This document shows positions 39,651 through 50,033 of a stretch of 54,093 bases of DNA, one piece after another; within the stretch, counting starts at the first letter, position 1; every line of letters starts with the position of its first letter. Both the position numbers and the translations under genes were made by a program. The notes beneath the pieces were generated by a model. It was not told the origin of the DNA. It made no database searches and worked only from the letters and a program-made list of their open reading frames with translations. The DNA is from an uncultured Alphaproteobacteria bacterium (GTDB lineage: Bacteria; Pseudomonadota; Alphaproteobacteria; UBA11222). The stretch is taken from assembly GCA_947085465.1 (NCBI GenBank), contig CAMTWQ010000046.1, positions 1 to 54,093 on the forward strand, given 5' to 3'.

Positions 39651-41801
39651 ATGCTCCGGCAATACGAATTAGTCGAACGGGTTCGCGCATACGATGGCGA
39701 TGCGGATGAGTCTATGCTCAATCGCGCCTATATCTTCGCCACCAAAGCGCATGGCAATCAACTGCGCGAGTCGGGCGATCCGTATTATTCTCACCCGGTG
39801 GAGGTCGCGGGCATCCTGGCGGGGCTAAAGCTTGATACGGCGTCCATCGTAACAGGGCTGTTGCACGACACGCTTGAAGACACGCTGACGACCCGCGATG
39901 AAATACAGCGCCTGTTTGGCGACGAAATCGCCACCATGGTTGACGGCGTCACCAAGCTGTCGCAGATCTCATTTACGTCAGAACAAAGCAAGCAGGCGGA
40001 AAATTTCCGCAAACTGCTGATTGCCATGTCGAATGACATCCGTGTTTTGCTGGTGAAGCTCGCCGACCGCCTGCACAATATGCGGACGTTGCATTTCATT
40101 CCCGGTGCTGAACGGCGCTTGCGCATCGCCAAGGAGACAATGGAGATTTATGCGCCGCTTGCGGGGCGCATTGGCATGCAAGAGATACTTGACGAGTTGC
40201 AGGATCTGGCGTTTGCCGAAATAAATCCCGAGGCCCGCGCCTCGGTTATTGCGCGGCGTGATTTTTTACGCCAGCGCACGGGCGATAGCATCGACCGGAT
40301 TGTCAAATTGCTGCAAGCGACGCTGGCTGAAAATGGCGTTAAGGCTGCTGTTTCGGGGCGTGAGAAGCGGCCCTATTCGATCTGGAATAAAATGCAGCGC
40401 AAGGCGATCTCATTCGAGCAATTGCCCGATATTTTTGGCTTTCGCGTTATCGTTGATAACGTCGATGACTGTTACCGGGCGCTGGGCGTTATTCACCGCA
40501 ACTGGCCGGTGACGCCTGCGCGCTTTAAGGATTTTATTTCAACCCCCAAGAGTAATAACTATCAGTCAATTCACACCACAGTGGTTGGCCCGGACAAACA
40601 GCGCGTGGAAATTCAGATTCGCACCTGGGACATGCACAAGATCGCCGAATTTGGCGTTGCTGCGCATTCGGGCTATAAGGAAAATGGCGGTGCGAAAATT
40701 GAACTGAAGCATGATCCCTATGTGTGGCTGCGTGAACTTGCGGCCATGATAGAGGATGGCGAAAGCCCGGAGGAGTTCTGGGAATACACCAAGCTTGACC
40801 TGTTTATCGACCAGGTTTTTTGTTTTACCCCTGGCGGCGATTTGATTGCGCTGCCCCGCCGCGCGACGCCGATTGATTTTGCTTACGCTGTGCATACGGA
40901 AATCGGCGATAGTTGCGTCGGCTGCCGGATTAATGGGCGCCCCATGCCGTTGCAATCCGAATTGCACAATGGCGATGAGGTGGAAATCATCCGCTCAAGT
41001 GCGCAAACGCCATCACCAACATGGGCTAATGTTGCGGTTACTGCAAAGGCGCGCGCTGCGGTGCGCCGCTTTATCCGGCAAAAAGAACGTGGTGAATTTA
41101 TAACGCTGGGCCTGGAGATTGCGAAAAAAGCCTTCCGCACCGAGGATTATCCGTTTACGGACAAGGCGACAAATCAGGCGCTAGGGCCGCTAAAGGCGGC
41201 CACCAGTGACGATCTGTACGAGAAACTTGGCCGCGGCCTGATTACCGGCAGACAAGTGATGGAGGCGGCGTTTCCTGGCGTCAAGATGAAGGGGCCGGAT
41301 CTGCCGCTGGTGCGCAGTGACGCCACGGATAACCGCCGCTCGCGTAGCGCCGCCATTCCCATTCGCGGCATGACTGCGGGCCTCGCCATTCATTATGGCG
41401 AGTGCTGTCATCCGCTGCCCGGTGATCGCATCGTGGGTATTCAGACCGAGGGCGGCGGCCTCGCGGTTCACACGATCGACTGTGAAATTTTGGAGCAGTT
41501 TGGCAATACGCCGGAACGCTGGCTTGATGTGAGCTGGGATGCGAGCGGTGACGCGCCGGATTTTTTTGTCGGGCGGATCGAGGCGGCGCTGTCGAATGAG
41601 CCCGGTTCGCTTTCCGTCTTATCAACGTTGATTGCAAAAAATCGCGGCAATATCAGTAATCTCAAGATTACCGGCCGGGCGGCGGATTTTTTTGACATGC
41701 TGGTTGATATTGAGGTTCGTGACGCCAGGCATTTATCTAATATTATTGCAGCACTTCGGGCCTCGCCGCATGTCAGCAAGGTGGAGCGCACCCGTGGTTA
41801 G
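39651..41801 (+). CDS. spoT: Bifunctional (p)ppGpp synthetase/hydrolase (Rel/SpoT)
   Basis: HDTLED hydrolase, RFKD/YQSIHT synthetase, TGS (DFAYAVHT), CCHP and ACT domains. Confidence 0.95.
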   Translation: MLRQYELVERVRAYDGDADESMLNRAYIFATKAHGNQLRESGDPYYSHPVEVAGILAGLKLDTASIVTGLLHDTLEDTLTTRDEIQRLFGDEIATMVDGVTKLSQISFTSEQSKQAENFRKLLIAMSNDIRVLLVKLADRLHNMRTLHFIPGAERRLRIAKETMEIYAPLAGRIGMQEILDELQDLAFAEINPEARASVIARRDFLRQRTGDSIDRIVKLLQATLAENGVKAAVSGREKRPYSIWNKMQRKAISFEQLPDIFGFRVIVDNVDDCYRALGVIHRNWPVTPARFKDFISTPKSNNYQSIHTTVVGPDKQRVEIQIRTWDMHKIAEFGVAAHSGYKENGGAKIELKHDPYVWLRELAAMIEDGESPEEFWEYTKLDLFIDQVFCFTPGGDLIALPRRATPIDFAYAVHTEIGDSCVGCRINGRPMPLQSELHNGDEVEIIRSSAQTPSPTWANVAVTAKARAAVRRFIRQKERGEFITLGLEIAKKAFRTEDYPFTDKATNQALGPLKAATSDDLYEKLGRGLITGRQVMEAAFPGVKMKGPDLPLVRSDATDNRRSRSAAIPIRGMTAGLAIHYGECCHPLPGDRIVGIQTEGGGLAVHTIDCEILEQFGNTPERWLDVSWDASGDAPDFFVGRIEAALSNEPGSLSVLSTLIAKNRGNISNLKITGRAADFFDMLVDIEVRDARHLSNIIAALRASPHVSKVERTRG

Positions 41802-41818
41802 CTATTTAGGATTATAGA

Positions 41819-42352
41819 ATGCTATTCAAACGCGCAAATGCGCCCACCGCATTGCAGAAGTTGCGGGAAATGATCTGGCCCAGCGCCGGCTTCCGCCGCG
41901 CTGCGCTATATACCTGGCATCGTTTATCGCGTCTTCAGGACAGCCCGCATTCGATTGCGCTTGGCTTCGCCATTGGTGTGTTTATGTCATTTTCACCGTT
42001 TCTTGGTTTTCATCTGCTGCTGTCGGGAGTGGCGGCGTGGATTTTGCGCGCCCATATCGTGGCGTCGATGATCGGAAATTTTCTCGGCAATCCGATCACC
42101 TATCCGTTCATGTGGGCCGCTGTATATCAATGCGGCGCTTTGCTGCTCGGGCAGCAGGCCGCGGGCGGCGCGGCCAATCTTAATTCATCCCTGTCCCAGG
42201 GTTTCGCCGAGGCCTGGGAGATTTTTCTGCCCATGCTGGCGGGCAGCATTCCCATAGGTGTTGGCGCGGCGCTGCTGTTTTATTTTCCGGTAAAGTCCGG
42301 CGTGGCGCGCTATCAGGCGGCGCGGCGCGCGCGCTTTGGGCCCCCTGTATGA
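41819..42352 (+). CDS. DUF2062 family membrane protein
   Basis: SPHSIA.GFA.GVF..F.PFLG.H and GNP.T motifs. Confidence 0.85.
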   Translation: MLFKRANAPTALQKLREMIWPSAGFRRAALYTWHRLSRLQDSPHSIALGFAIGVFMSFSPFLGFHLLLSGVAAWILRAHIVASMIGNFLGNPITYPFMWAAVYQCGALLLGQQAAGGAANLNSSLSQGFAEAWEIFLPMLAGSIPIGVGAALLFYFPVKSGVARYQAARRARFGPPV

Positions 42353-43095
42353 GCGCGCCCTATCTTCGGCTTGGGGTGAACATCGATCATGTGGCGACCA
42401 TCCGCAACGCGCGCGGCGGCCCTTACCCTGATCCGGTGCGCGCGGCGAAGCTGGCGGCAGAGGCGGGCGCCGATGGCGTTACTGCGCATCTGCGCGAAGA
42501 TCGCCGCCATATAGTGGATGATGATCTTTTGCGCCTGACCCGCGAGTGCGCGCTGCCGCTCAACATGGAATGCGCCGCCACGCCGGAAATGCTGGAAATT
42601 GCGCTTCGCCATCGCCCCCATGCGGTGTGCCTGGTGCCGGAAAAGCGCCAGGAAATAACCACCGAAGGCGGGCTTGATGCGGCGGGTCAGCACAATCATC
42701 TCAGGCCATTCGCGGGCCGCCTGATCGATGCGGGCATTCGCGTCTCATTATTTATCGATCCGGATTTGCGTCAAATCGAGGCGGCGCAAAAAACTGGCGC
42801 GAATATTGTTGAGCTGTGTGCGGGCGCCTATTGCGAGGCGGTGCTTACCGGACATGCAAGCAGGGCTGAAGCGGAACTGGCGGCGCATCACCGGGCGGCG
42901 GTGGCGGCGGCCAGTCTTGGATTGGAGGTGCATGCAGGCCACGGCATCACCTTCGAAACAGTTGCCGCATTCGCCGCCATGCCGCAGGTGGTCGAGCTGA
43001 ACATCGGGCATTTTCTGATCGGCGAAGCGATTTTCACCGGCCTGCGTGCGGCCATCATTCGCATGCGCGCGCTCATGGATGCGGCGCGCGGCTAA
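42349..43095 (+). CDS. pdxJ: Pyridoxine 5'-phosphate synthase
   Basis: [28 protein letters not shown] and ELNIGH motifs. Confidence 0.97.
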   Translation: MSAPYLRLGVNIDHVATIRNARGGPYPDPVRAAKLAAEAGADGVTAHLREDRRHIVDDDLLRLTRECALPLNMECAATPEMLEIALRHRPHAVCLVPEKRQEITTEGGLDAAGQHNHLRPFAGRLIDAGIRVSLFIDPDLRQIEAAQKTGANIVELCAGAYCEAVLTGHASRAEAELAAHHRAAVAAASLGLEVHAGHGITFETVAAFAAMPQVVELNIGHFLIGEAIFTGLRAAIIRMRALMDAARG

Positions 43096-43502
43096 TGGTC
43101 ATCGGCCTTGGCAATGACATCATCGACATCCGGCGCATCGAAAAAACGCTTGAGCGGTTTGGCGCGCGTTTTATCAAGCGTCTGTTTACGCAACAAGAAC
43201 AGGCCCGCTCCGAGCGCAAACCCAATCGCGCCGCCAGTTACGCCAAACGCTTCGCCGCCAAGGAGGCCTGCGCCAAGGCGCTCGGCACCGGCTTTCGCCG
43301 GGGCGTTTACTGGCGCGACATGGGGGTCGCCAACCTGTCCACCGGCAAACCCACCATGATCCTCACCGGCGGCGCCCTTGAACGGCTGCGCGAAATCACC
43401 CCCGCGGGGTTTAGCGCTCAGATCGATCTCAGCCTCACCGATGACTTCCCTCAGGCCCAGGCGATCGTGCTGATCACCGCCGTGCCGCTGCCGCCAATGT
43501 AA
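43095..43502 (+). CDS. acpS: Holo-[acyl-carrier-protein] synthase
   Basis: GLGND and [14 protein letters not shown] motifs. Confidence 0.96.
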   Translation: MVIGLGNDIIDIRRIEKTLERFGARFIKRLFTQQEQARSERKPNRAASYAKRFAAKEACAKALGTGFRRGVYWRDMGVANLSTGKPTMILTGGALERLREITPAGFSAQIDLSLTDDFPQAQAIVLITAVPLPPM

Positions 43503-43504
43503 AG

Positions 43505-43749
43505 CCCCCCCTCTCGCCAAGCGAAGCTCTGGCGTAGCGTTGTGCGGGGAGGGGTTGGGGTGGGGGGCGAGTTAAAGACCATTGATCCCCTCCCTAACCC
43601 TCCCCTTTACACTCGCCTGGGCGAAGCTGAAGCTTCGCTTCGGCGTAGCCTGGAGGGGAGGGAATACGAGAGCGCACCACTCCCTCCCCCTGAAAGGGGG
43701 AGGGCCGGGGAGGGGGTCTTTGGCGTGATTCAACCTAAACGCATACTAG
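43505..43749. repeat. Element 'A' variant plus an upstream CCCC..GGGG hairpin, both carrying loop insertions
   Basis: CCATTGATCCCCTCCCTAACCCTCCCCTTT...GGCGTGATTCAACCTAAA shared with the other A copies. Confidence 0.85.
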
Positions 43750-43885
43750 AGCAATCTGCATTAATTTCGAGCCATGAGGCTCGAAATTAATAAAGAAAAT
43801 TGCTCTAGATTTTAATGTGTTAGAGCAGCTTTCCGCGATTAAGTGGGGTCACTTCGTGACTCCACTTAATCGCGGGCTGCTCTAA
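43746..43885. repeat. Modules E+D, inverted copy of 6637-6776
   Basis: Only a few mismatches over 140 bp, including the ATTTTAATGTGT linker. Confidence 0.92.
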
Positions 43886-43897
43886 ACGAATACCGTT

Positions 43898-44434
43898 TTA
43901 GGTCGCTGACTTGCGCCGGCGAAGCATGCCGCCCAGACCGGCAAGCCCGGCCCCCAGCAGGCTCAAGGACGCAGGTTCGGGAACTGCATCGGTAACACGA
44001 TCAATCCGGAACGCGTAGTTGATGAAATCATCCTCGCATCTCGCATCCGGGTCATCGTATCTCCCCCCACAGGTGTGATCGAGCACGTAAGCGGAATATG
44101 CAGTTCCAAATCCCGCCGGATCATTGTAGCCGGGCGCGCCTTCGTCAATGCTGAAACTTTGCGCCTGCGGGTCAGTTAAATACTGGGTATCCCCCCAGCC
44201 ATCCAGATAGGTCAGGTTATTGATATCATTAGGATCATCCGAAATGGTTGAAATCACGTAATCCGAAGCCACCCCGCCAAACAGAAAGGCGGCCGCTTCC
44301 TGGCCCGTATAGACAGTTGGGTTTGTTTTCCAATCTGGGCCTTCGCCCACGTGCCACGAGCCGACAAAAATCGTCGCCGCCTGCGCCTGCGCGGCCATAA
44401 GGGCAAAGCCCATGGCTAGAAGTAGTTTTTTCAT
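43898..44434 (-). CDS. PEP-CTERM sorting-domain surface protein
   Basis: Signal peptide MKKLLL..AQA; C-terminal VPEPASLSLLGAGLAGLGGMLRRRK. Confidence 0.9.
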   Translation of the reverse strand: MKKLLLAMGFALMAAQAQAATIFVGSWHVGEGPDWKTNPTVYTGQEAAAFLFGGVASDYVISTISDDPNDINNLTYLDGWGDTQYLTDPQAQSFSIDEGAPGYNDPAGFGTAYSAYVLDHTCGGRYDDPDARCEDDFINYAFRIDRVTDAVPEPASLSLLGAGLAGLGGMLRRRKSAT

Positions 44435-44679
44435 GATTAATTTCCTAAGGTTAAGTTTAAAAAAAGCGGACTGCCACACTCATAGTCGCAGTATGGCAGT
44501 TATACTCTGGCGAAGCAACCATGGTCCGCATGCTGTGTGACGCCCGTCACAGTGAATTTTCAGCGGCCCCTTGCGCACGCCTTCATTTGCGGTCATTTGC
44601 CATTTGCGGTCATTTGCTTGACATAAATTGCGCTAAATGATTGATGCAGGCAGCTATTCCAGAAAATCAGAGGGGCAGT

Positions 44680-45438
44680 ATGGAGGGGGAGGAGCACAAG
44701 GGCGGTTTCGTTGATGATGTGAAAACCATCATTTATGCCTTGCTGATCGCAGTAGTGATCCGGGCGTTGCTGTTTCAGCCATTCAATATTCCTTCCGGCT
44801 CAATGATCCCGACCCTATACGTGGGTGATTACTTGTTCGTGTCAAAATACGCCTATGGTTATAGCCGCCATTCGTTGCCGTTTAGCCCGCCGCTGTTTAA
44901 TGGCCGCATCATGGGAAAACTGCCGGCGCGCGGCGACATTGCGGTGTTCAAATTCCCGGCCGACAACCGCACCGACTATATCAAACGCATTATCGGTCTG
45001 CCCGGTGACAGGGTGCAGATGAAGGCTGGGGTGTTGCATCTGAATGGCGAATCGGTTCCGCAAACCGCCATCGCCGATTTTGTGGAGACCTCTCAAAATG
45101 GCGATGCGCGGCAAAGCCGTCAGTTCCGTGAAACCTTGCCCAATGGGCTCAGTTATAGCACCCTTGATATGCTCAGCAGCGGGCCGCTTGACAGCACCGG
45201 TGAGTTTATTGTGCCAGCCGGGCATGTTTTCGCCATGGGCGACAACCGCGATAATTCCAGCGACAGCCGGGCGCCAAATGGCGGGGTTGGCTTTATTCCC
45301 ATGGATAATCTGGTCGGGCGGGCGGAGTTCCTGTTTTTCTCCACCGATGGGTCGGCGCAGCTTTGGGAGCCGTGGCGATGGTATCAGGCGGCCAGGTTCG
45401 AGCGCATGTTCCGCACCATAAATTCCATTCAGGAATGA
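44680..45438 (+). CDS. lepB: Signal peptidase I
   Basis: IPSGSM, YIKR and MGDNRDNS.DSR motifs; start 44680 follows GAGGGG. Confidence 0.96.
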   Translation: MEGEEHKGGFVDDVKTIIYALLIAVVIRALLFQPFNIPSGSMIPTLYVGDYLFVSKYAYGYSRHSLPFSPPLFNGRIMGKLPARGDIAVFKFPADNRTDYIKRIIGLPGDRVQMKAGVLHLNGESVPQTAIADFVETSQNGDARQSRQFRETLPNGLSYSTLDMLSSGPLDSTGEFIVPAGHVFAMGDNRDNSSDSRAPNGGVGFIPMDNLVGRAEFLFFSTDGSAQLWEPWRWYQAARFERMFRTINSIQE

Positions 45439-46118
45439 CCGGCAATGCCATGCAAGACCTGGAATCCCGGCTTGGTTACCGGTTCAGGGATCGTGAACTG
45501 CTGCTGCGTGCGCTCACCCATGCCAGCGCCAATGCGGATATTTCGCGCAACAATGAACGGCTGGAATTTCTCGGCGACCGGGTTCTGTCATTGATCATTG
45601 CGGACCTGGTGATGGCGCAGTATCCGCAAGATGCGGAGGGTCAGCTTGCCCCGCGCCTGAACGCGATGGTGCGCCGTGAGACGCTGGCGGATGTCGCGGG
45701 TGAAATCGCTTTGGGCGAGGCATTGATCTTGGCGGCGGCGGAGCAATCCAGCGGCGGTCGCGATAAACCAGCTATTCTGGCCGATGCGTGCGAGGCGCTG
45801 ATCGCGGCGCTGTATCTGGATGGCGGCATGGCGGCGGCGCGAGGCTTTATTGAAAATTTCTGGGGCCGCCGCCTGGGCGAGATGCGCTTTGCGCCCGCCG
45901 ACGCCAAATCGGCGTTGCAGGAATGGTCCCAGGCGCGCAAGCTCGGCACACCGGACTATCAGGTGATCAGCCGGGAAGGGCCAGACCATGCGCCGCAATT
46001 CGTGGTAGAGGTTATGCTGCCGGGCCACCCGCCGGCGCGTGGCGCAGGCGCCTCGAAACGCGAGGCGGAACAGGCCGCTGCCGGGCTGATGCTGGAAAAT
46101 GTAAAAGCCAATGAGTGA
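45435..46118 (+). CDS. rnc: Ribonuclease III
   Basis: NERLEFLGD, AD..EALI and dsRBD (DAKSALQE, GPDH) motifs; start 45435 or 45450. Confidence 0.96.
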   Translation: MTGNAMQDLESRLGYRFRDRELLLRALTHASANADISRNNERLEFLGDRVLSLIIADLVMAQYPQDAEGQLAPRLNAMVRRETLADVAGEIALGEALILAAAEQSSGGRDKPAILADACEALIAALYLDGGMAAARGFIENFWGRRLGEMRFAPADAKSALQEWSQARKLGTPDYQVISREGPDHAPQFVVEVMLPGHPPARGAGASKREAEQAAAGLMLENVKANE

Positions 46119-47019
46119 GTCTCAACCCAAACGCTGCGGTTTTGTGGCGCTGATCGGCCCGACCAATGCGGGCAAGTCGTGTTTGCTCAATCGTTTTGTT
46201 GGCGCAAAGGTGGCGATTGTCACCCACAAGGCGCAAACCACCCGCACCCGTGTTCGCGGCATTGCCATCGATGGTGTGTCGCAGATAATTTTCATCGATA
46301 CGCCGGGCATCTTCAAACCCAAGCGGCGGCTTGACCGCGCCATGGTTCAGGCGGCGTGGGGCGGCGCGCAGGAGGCGGACACGGTCGTCCTGGTGATCGA
46401 CGCGGTGCGCGGCCTGAATGAGGATGCGCGCGCTATCGTTGCGGGCCTGAAGCAAACCGGGCGCAAGGCGGTGCTGGCGCTGAACAAGATTGATCTCGTG
46501 CCGCGAGAGGATTTATTGGCGCTGGCGCAATCCTTTAACGCGCTTGATCTGTTCAGCGATATTTTTATGATCTCGGCCCAAAACGGCGATGGGGTCGATG
46601 ATCTGCGCGTGCATCTTGCCGCCTCCCTGCCGTCCGGCCCGTGGCTGTTTCCCGAAGATCAGCTTTCGGATTCGCTTGAGCGGGTTCTGGCGGCGGAGAT
46701 CACGCGGGAGAAATTGTTTCTGCGATTGCATCAGGAGTTGCCCTACGATTCAACTGTCGGAACCGAAAGCTGGAAAGAAAACAAGGACGGCAGCGCCCGC
46801 ATTGATCAAACTATTTATGTGCGGCGCGATAGCCAAAAACCCATCGTGCTGGGCAAGGGCGGGGCCACCATAAAACAGATCGGCGCCTCGGCCCGCGCCG
46901 AAATGCAACAGGCGTTTGGCCGCCGCATTCATCTGTTCTTGCATGTGAAGGTAAACGAAAAATGGGCTGATGATCCCGCCCGCTACCGGGAAATGGGCCT
47001 GGATTTCAACGTTGATTAG
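46111..47019 (+). CDS. era: GTPase Era
   Basis: NAGKS, QTTR, DTPG and NKID motifs; KH domain. Confidence 0.96.
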   Translation: MSESQPKRCGFVALIGPTNAGKSCLLNRFVGAKVAIVTHKAQTTRTRVRGIAIDGVSQIIFIDTPGIFKPKRRLDRAMVQAAWGGAQEADTVVLVIDAVRGLNEDARAIVAGLKQTGRKAVLALNKIDLVPREDLLALAQSFNALDLFSDIFMISAQNGDGVDDLRVHLAASLPSGPWLFPEDQLSDSLERVLAAEITREKLFLRLHQELPYDSTVGTESWKENKDGSARIDQTIYVRRDSQKPIVLGKGGATIKQIGASARAEMQQAFGRRIHLFLHVKVNEKWADDPARYREMGLDFNVD

Positions 47020-47039
47020 ATGAGGCGCAGTGACTCCAT

Positions 47040-47792
47040 ATGGAATGGACAGACGACGCGATCATTCTTTCGGCCCGCAAGCATGGCGAAAGTTCGGTCA
47101 TTGTCGAAGCGCTGACGCGCTATCATGGCCGTCACGCCGGCTTGGTGCGTGGCGGCGCCGGCAGGCGCATGCGGGGCGTGCTGGAGCCGGGCAACGAGGT
47201 CAATCTGCGCTGGCGGGCGCGGCTTGCCGGGCATCTCGGCAATTATACGGTGGAGTTGATGCGGCCGCGCGCCAGTCAGCTGATCGCTGATCCATTGCGC
47301 CTTGCGGGCCTCAGTTCTGCTTGCGCGCTGGCGCAGCTCAGTCTGCCGGAGCGCGAACCACATGCGCCGGTGTTCGATGGCCTGCTGGCGCTGCTCGATG
47401 CGATGCAGGTGGCGGAGTTATGGCCGGCGGCGATGGTGCGTTGGGAGCTTGGGCTGCTTGCCGAATTGGGATTTGGCCTCGATCTGAGCACCTGTGCGGC
47501 GACCGGCGAAAATGACGATTTGGCGTTTGTCTCGCCGCGCTCTGGCCGGGCGGTCAGCCGCGCCGCCGCTCAGCCGTATCAACGGCGTATGCTGGCGCTG
47601 CCGCCATTTCTGCTCGGGCCGAAAACCGGCGCCAGCATGCAGGAGATCCTGGATGGCTTTGCGCTAACCGGATTTTTCATCGGCCGGCATGTGATGCAGC
47701 CGCATGGCCGCAAAATGCCGCCTGCCCGCGAGCGCTTCTGTGTCCGGCTTAAAAACCTATCTATTGCGGATGCAGACACGCAAACCCGGTGA
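47040..47792 (+). CDS. recO: DNA repair protein RecO
   Basis: MEW.D..I.L..RKHGE and LGFGLDLS.CAATG motifs; follows era. Confidence 0.95.
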   Translation: MEWTDDAIILSARKHGESSVIVEALTRYHGRHAGLVRGGAGRRMRGVLEPGNEVNLRWRARLAGHLGNYTVELMRPRASQLIADPLRLAGLSSACALAQLSLPEREPHAPVFDGLLALLDAMQVAELWPAAMVRWELGLLAELGFGLDLSTCAATGENDDLAFVSPRSGRAVSRAAAQPYQRRMLALPPFLLGPKTGASMQEILDGFALTGFFIGRHVMQPHGRKMPPARERFCVRLKNLSIADADTQTR

Positions 47793-47804
47793 TATAAGCC
47801 GCGC

Positions 47805-50033
47805 ATGAGTGATGTGCGCAGCCCCGAATCAGAAATTACCGATGCGCCGCTGAGTGGCGCCCTGGCGGGCCGTTATCTGGCCTATGCGCTGTCCACCATC
47901 ATGCACCGGGCGCTGCCCGATGTGCGCGATGGCCTGAAGCCCGTGCACCGGCGCTTGCTGTTCGCCATGCGCCAGTTGCGGCTTGACCCAGGCTCGGGGT
48001 TCAAGAAGGCGGCGCGGGTGGTCGGCGATGTCATCGGCAAATATCATCCGCATGGGGATCAATCCGTCTATGACGCTCTGGTGCGCCTGACGCAGGATTT
48101 TTTGGTCCGCTATCCGCTGATCGACGGACAGGGGAATTTCGGCAATATCGACGGGGATAACGCTGCGGCCATGCGCTATACCGAGGCCCGGCTGACCGAA
48201 GTGGCCCAGGCGCTGCTCGATGGCCTGGATGATGACGCCGTTGATTTCCGCGCAACCTATGATGGCGAGGAAAGCGAGCCGGTGGTGCTGCCGGGGGCGT
48301 TTCCCAATCTGCTGGCGAACGGCGCCACCGGCATTGCGGTTGGCATGGCGACCAGCATTCCGCCGCACAATGCGGCCGAGCTCTGCACGGCTCTGCTGTA
48401 TCTGATCAAGCATCCGAACGCCTCCACCACAAAACTCGTGGATATGATTCCCGGACCCGACTTTCCTACAGGCGGTATTATCATTGAGCCGCATGCAGCA
48501 ATAGTGGATGCGTATAGCACCGGGCGTGGCGGATTTCGCGTGCGCGCCCGCTGGCGGGAAGAAAAGCTCGCCCGTGGCGGGTATCAGATCATCATTACGG
48601 AAATTCCGTATCAGGTGCAAAAATCCAGGCTCATCGAAAAAATGGCCGAACTTCTGGCGGCGCGCAAACTGCCGCTGCTGGAGGATGTCCTGGACGAATC
48701 GGCCGAGGATCTGCGCATCGTCCTGACGCCGCGCGCGCGCACGGTGGAGCCTGAATTGCTGATGGAGCAATTATTCCGCGCCACCGATCTCGAATCCCGG
48801 TTTCCGCTAAACCTGAACGTGCTCGACCGCAATCTTGTGCCAAGGGTAATGCCGCTCCGCGACGCGCTGCTGGCGTTTCTGGATCACCGCCTGGAGGTTC
48901 TGCTCCGCTGCTCAAAATTCCGGCTTGGCAAAATCGAACACCGGCTGGAAGTGCTGAATGGCTATCTGATCGCGTTTCTAAATCTCGATAAAATCATCCG
49001 CATTATCCGCACCGAGGACGAGCCAAAACCAAAACTGATGCGGGCCTTTTCCCTCTCCGAGGCGCAGGCCGACGCGATCCTTGATATGCGCCTGCGCGCC
49101 CTGCGCAAGCTCGAAGAAGCAAGCCTCAAGCGGGAGCATAAGGCTTTGTCGGACGAGCTAAAGGGCCTCAAGGCGCTGCTTAAATCCAAAGACAAACAGT
49201 GGGACCATATCTCGGACGAGTTAACGGCATTGCGCGATAAGTTTGGTCAAAAAACCGCACTGGGTAAACGCCGCACCTCGTTTTCCGAGGCGCCGGAAGT
49301 AACCAGTGAACTAATCGAGGCGATGATCGAGCGCGAGCCGGTCACCATCGTTTGCTCGCAAAAGGGCTGGATACGCGCCCTGCGCGGGCATCTGCCGCAA
49401 GACAATGAACTAAAATATAAGGATGGCGATGGCGGCGCGTTTTGGCTGCACGCCGAAACCACGGACAAACTGCTGCTGTTCGCCACCAACGGGCGCTTTT
49501 ATACCTTGAGTTGCGATAAACTGCCCGGCGGGCGCGGTCACGGCGAACCGGTGCGGCTGATGGCCGATATCGGCAATGAGCATGATCTGGTGGCGCTGTT
49601 CGTGCATGATTGCGAACGCAGCCTGCTGGTGGCGTCCCATGATGGGCGCGGCTTTATTGTTGCCGAGCGGGATGTGGTGGCGGGCACGCGCAATGGCAAG
49701 CAGGTGCTGAATGTGCCGGCTGGCGTCGAGGCCGTGGTCTGTGCGCCGGCAAATGGAAGCCATGTGGCGGTGCTTGGCGAAAACCGCAAGCTGCTGATTT
49801 TTAACCGTGATGAAGTGCCGGAAATGAGCAAGGGGCGGGGCGTCATCCTGCAACGCTATAAGGATGGCGGCCTGAGTGATGCAAAACTGTTCAATTTGAA
49901 AGACGGCCTCACCTGGCAGGACCGGGCCGGGCGCGAGTTTCGTGAAACGGCGCTCAAGGATTGGGTTGGCCAGCGTTCACAGGCCGGCCGCCTGGCGCCG
50001 CGCGGCTTTCCGCGCAGCAATAAGTTTTCCTAG
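47805..50033 (+). CDS. parC: DNA topoisomerase IV subunit A
   Basis: [31 protein letters not shown] and AAMRYTE motifs; 742 aa with no GyrA box. Confidence 0.93.
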   Translation: MSDVRSPESEITDAPLSGALAGRYLAYALSTIMHRALPDVRDGLKPVHRRLLFAMRQLRLDPGSGFKKAARVVGDVIGKYHPHGDQSVYDALVRLTQDFLVRYPLIDGQGNFGNIDGDNAAAMRYTEARLTEVAQALLDGLDDDAVDFRATYDGEESEPVVLPGAFPNLLANGATGIAVGMATSIPPHNAAELCTALLYLIKHPNASTTKLVDMIPGPDFPTGGIIIEPHAAIVDAYSTGRGGFRVRARWREEKLARGGYQIIITEIPYQVQKSRLIEKMAELLAARKLPLLEDVLDESAEDLRIVLTPRARTVEPELLMEQLFRATDLESRFPLNLNVLDRNLVPRVMPLRDALLAFLDHRLEVLLRCSKFRLGKIEHRLEVLNGYLIAFLNLDKIIRIIRTEDEPKPKLMRAFSLSEAQADAILDMRLRALRKLEEASLKREHKALSDELKGLKALLKSKDKQWDHISDELTALRDKFGQKTALGKRRTSFSEAPEVTSELIEAMIEREPVTIVCSQKGWIRALRGHLPQDNELKYKDGDGGAFWLHAETTDKLLLFATNGRFYTLSCDKLPGGRGHGEPVRLMADIGNEHDLVALFVHDCERSLLVASHDGRGFIVAERDVVAGTRNGKQVLNVPAGVEAVVCAPANGSHVAVLGENRKLLIFNRDEVPEMSKGRGVILQRYKDGGLSDAKLFNLKDGLTWQDRAGREFRETALKDWVGQRSQAGRLAPRGFPRSNKFS

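Noticed and set aside
46156-46182. Era G1 motif GPTNAGKSC instead of G.PN.GKST
   Set aside because: The essential GKS is intact and the other G motifs are normal; probably a neutral variant
47829-48770. Long antisense ORFs (e.g. 313 aa opposite parC, 283 aa opposite ppiD, 241 aa opposite trpD)
   Set aside because: Shadow ORFs expected opposite GC-rich coding genes
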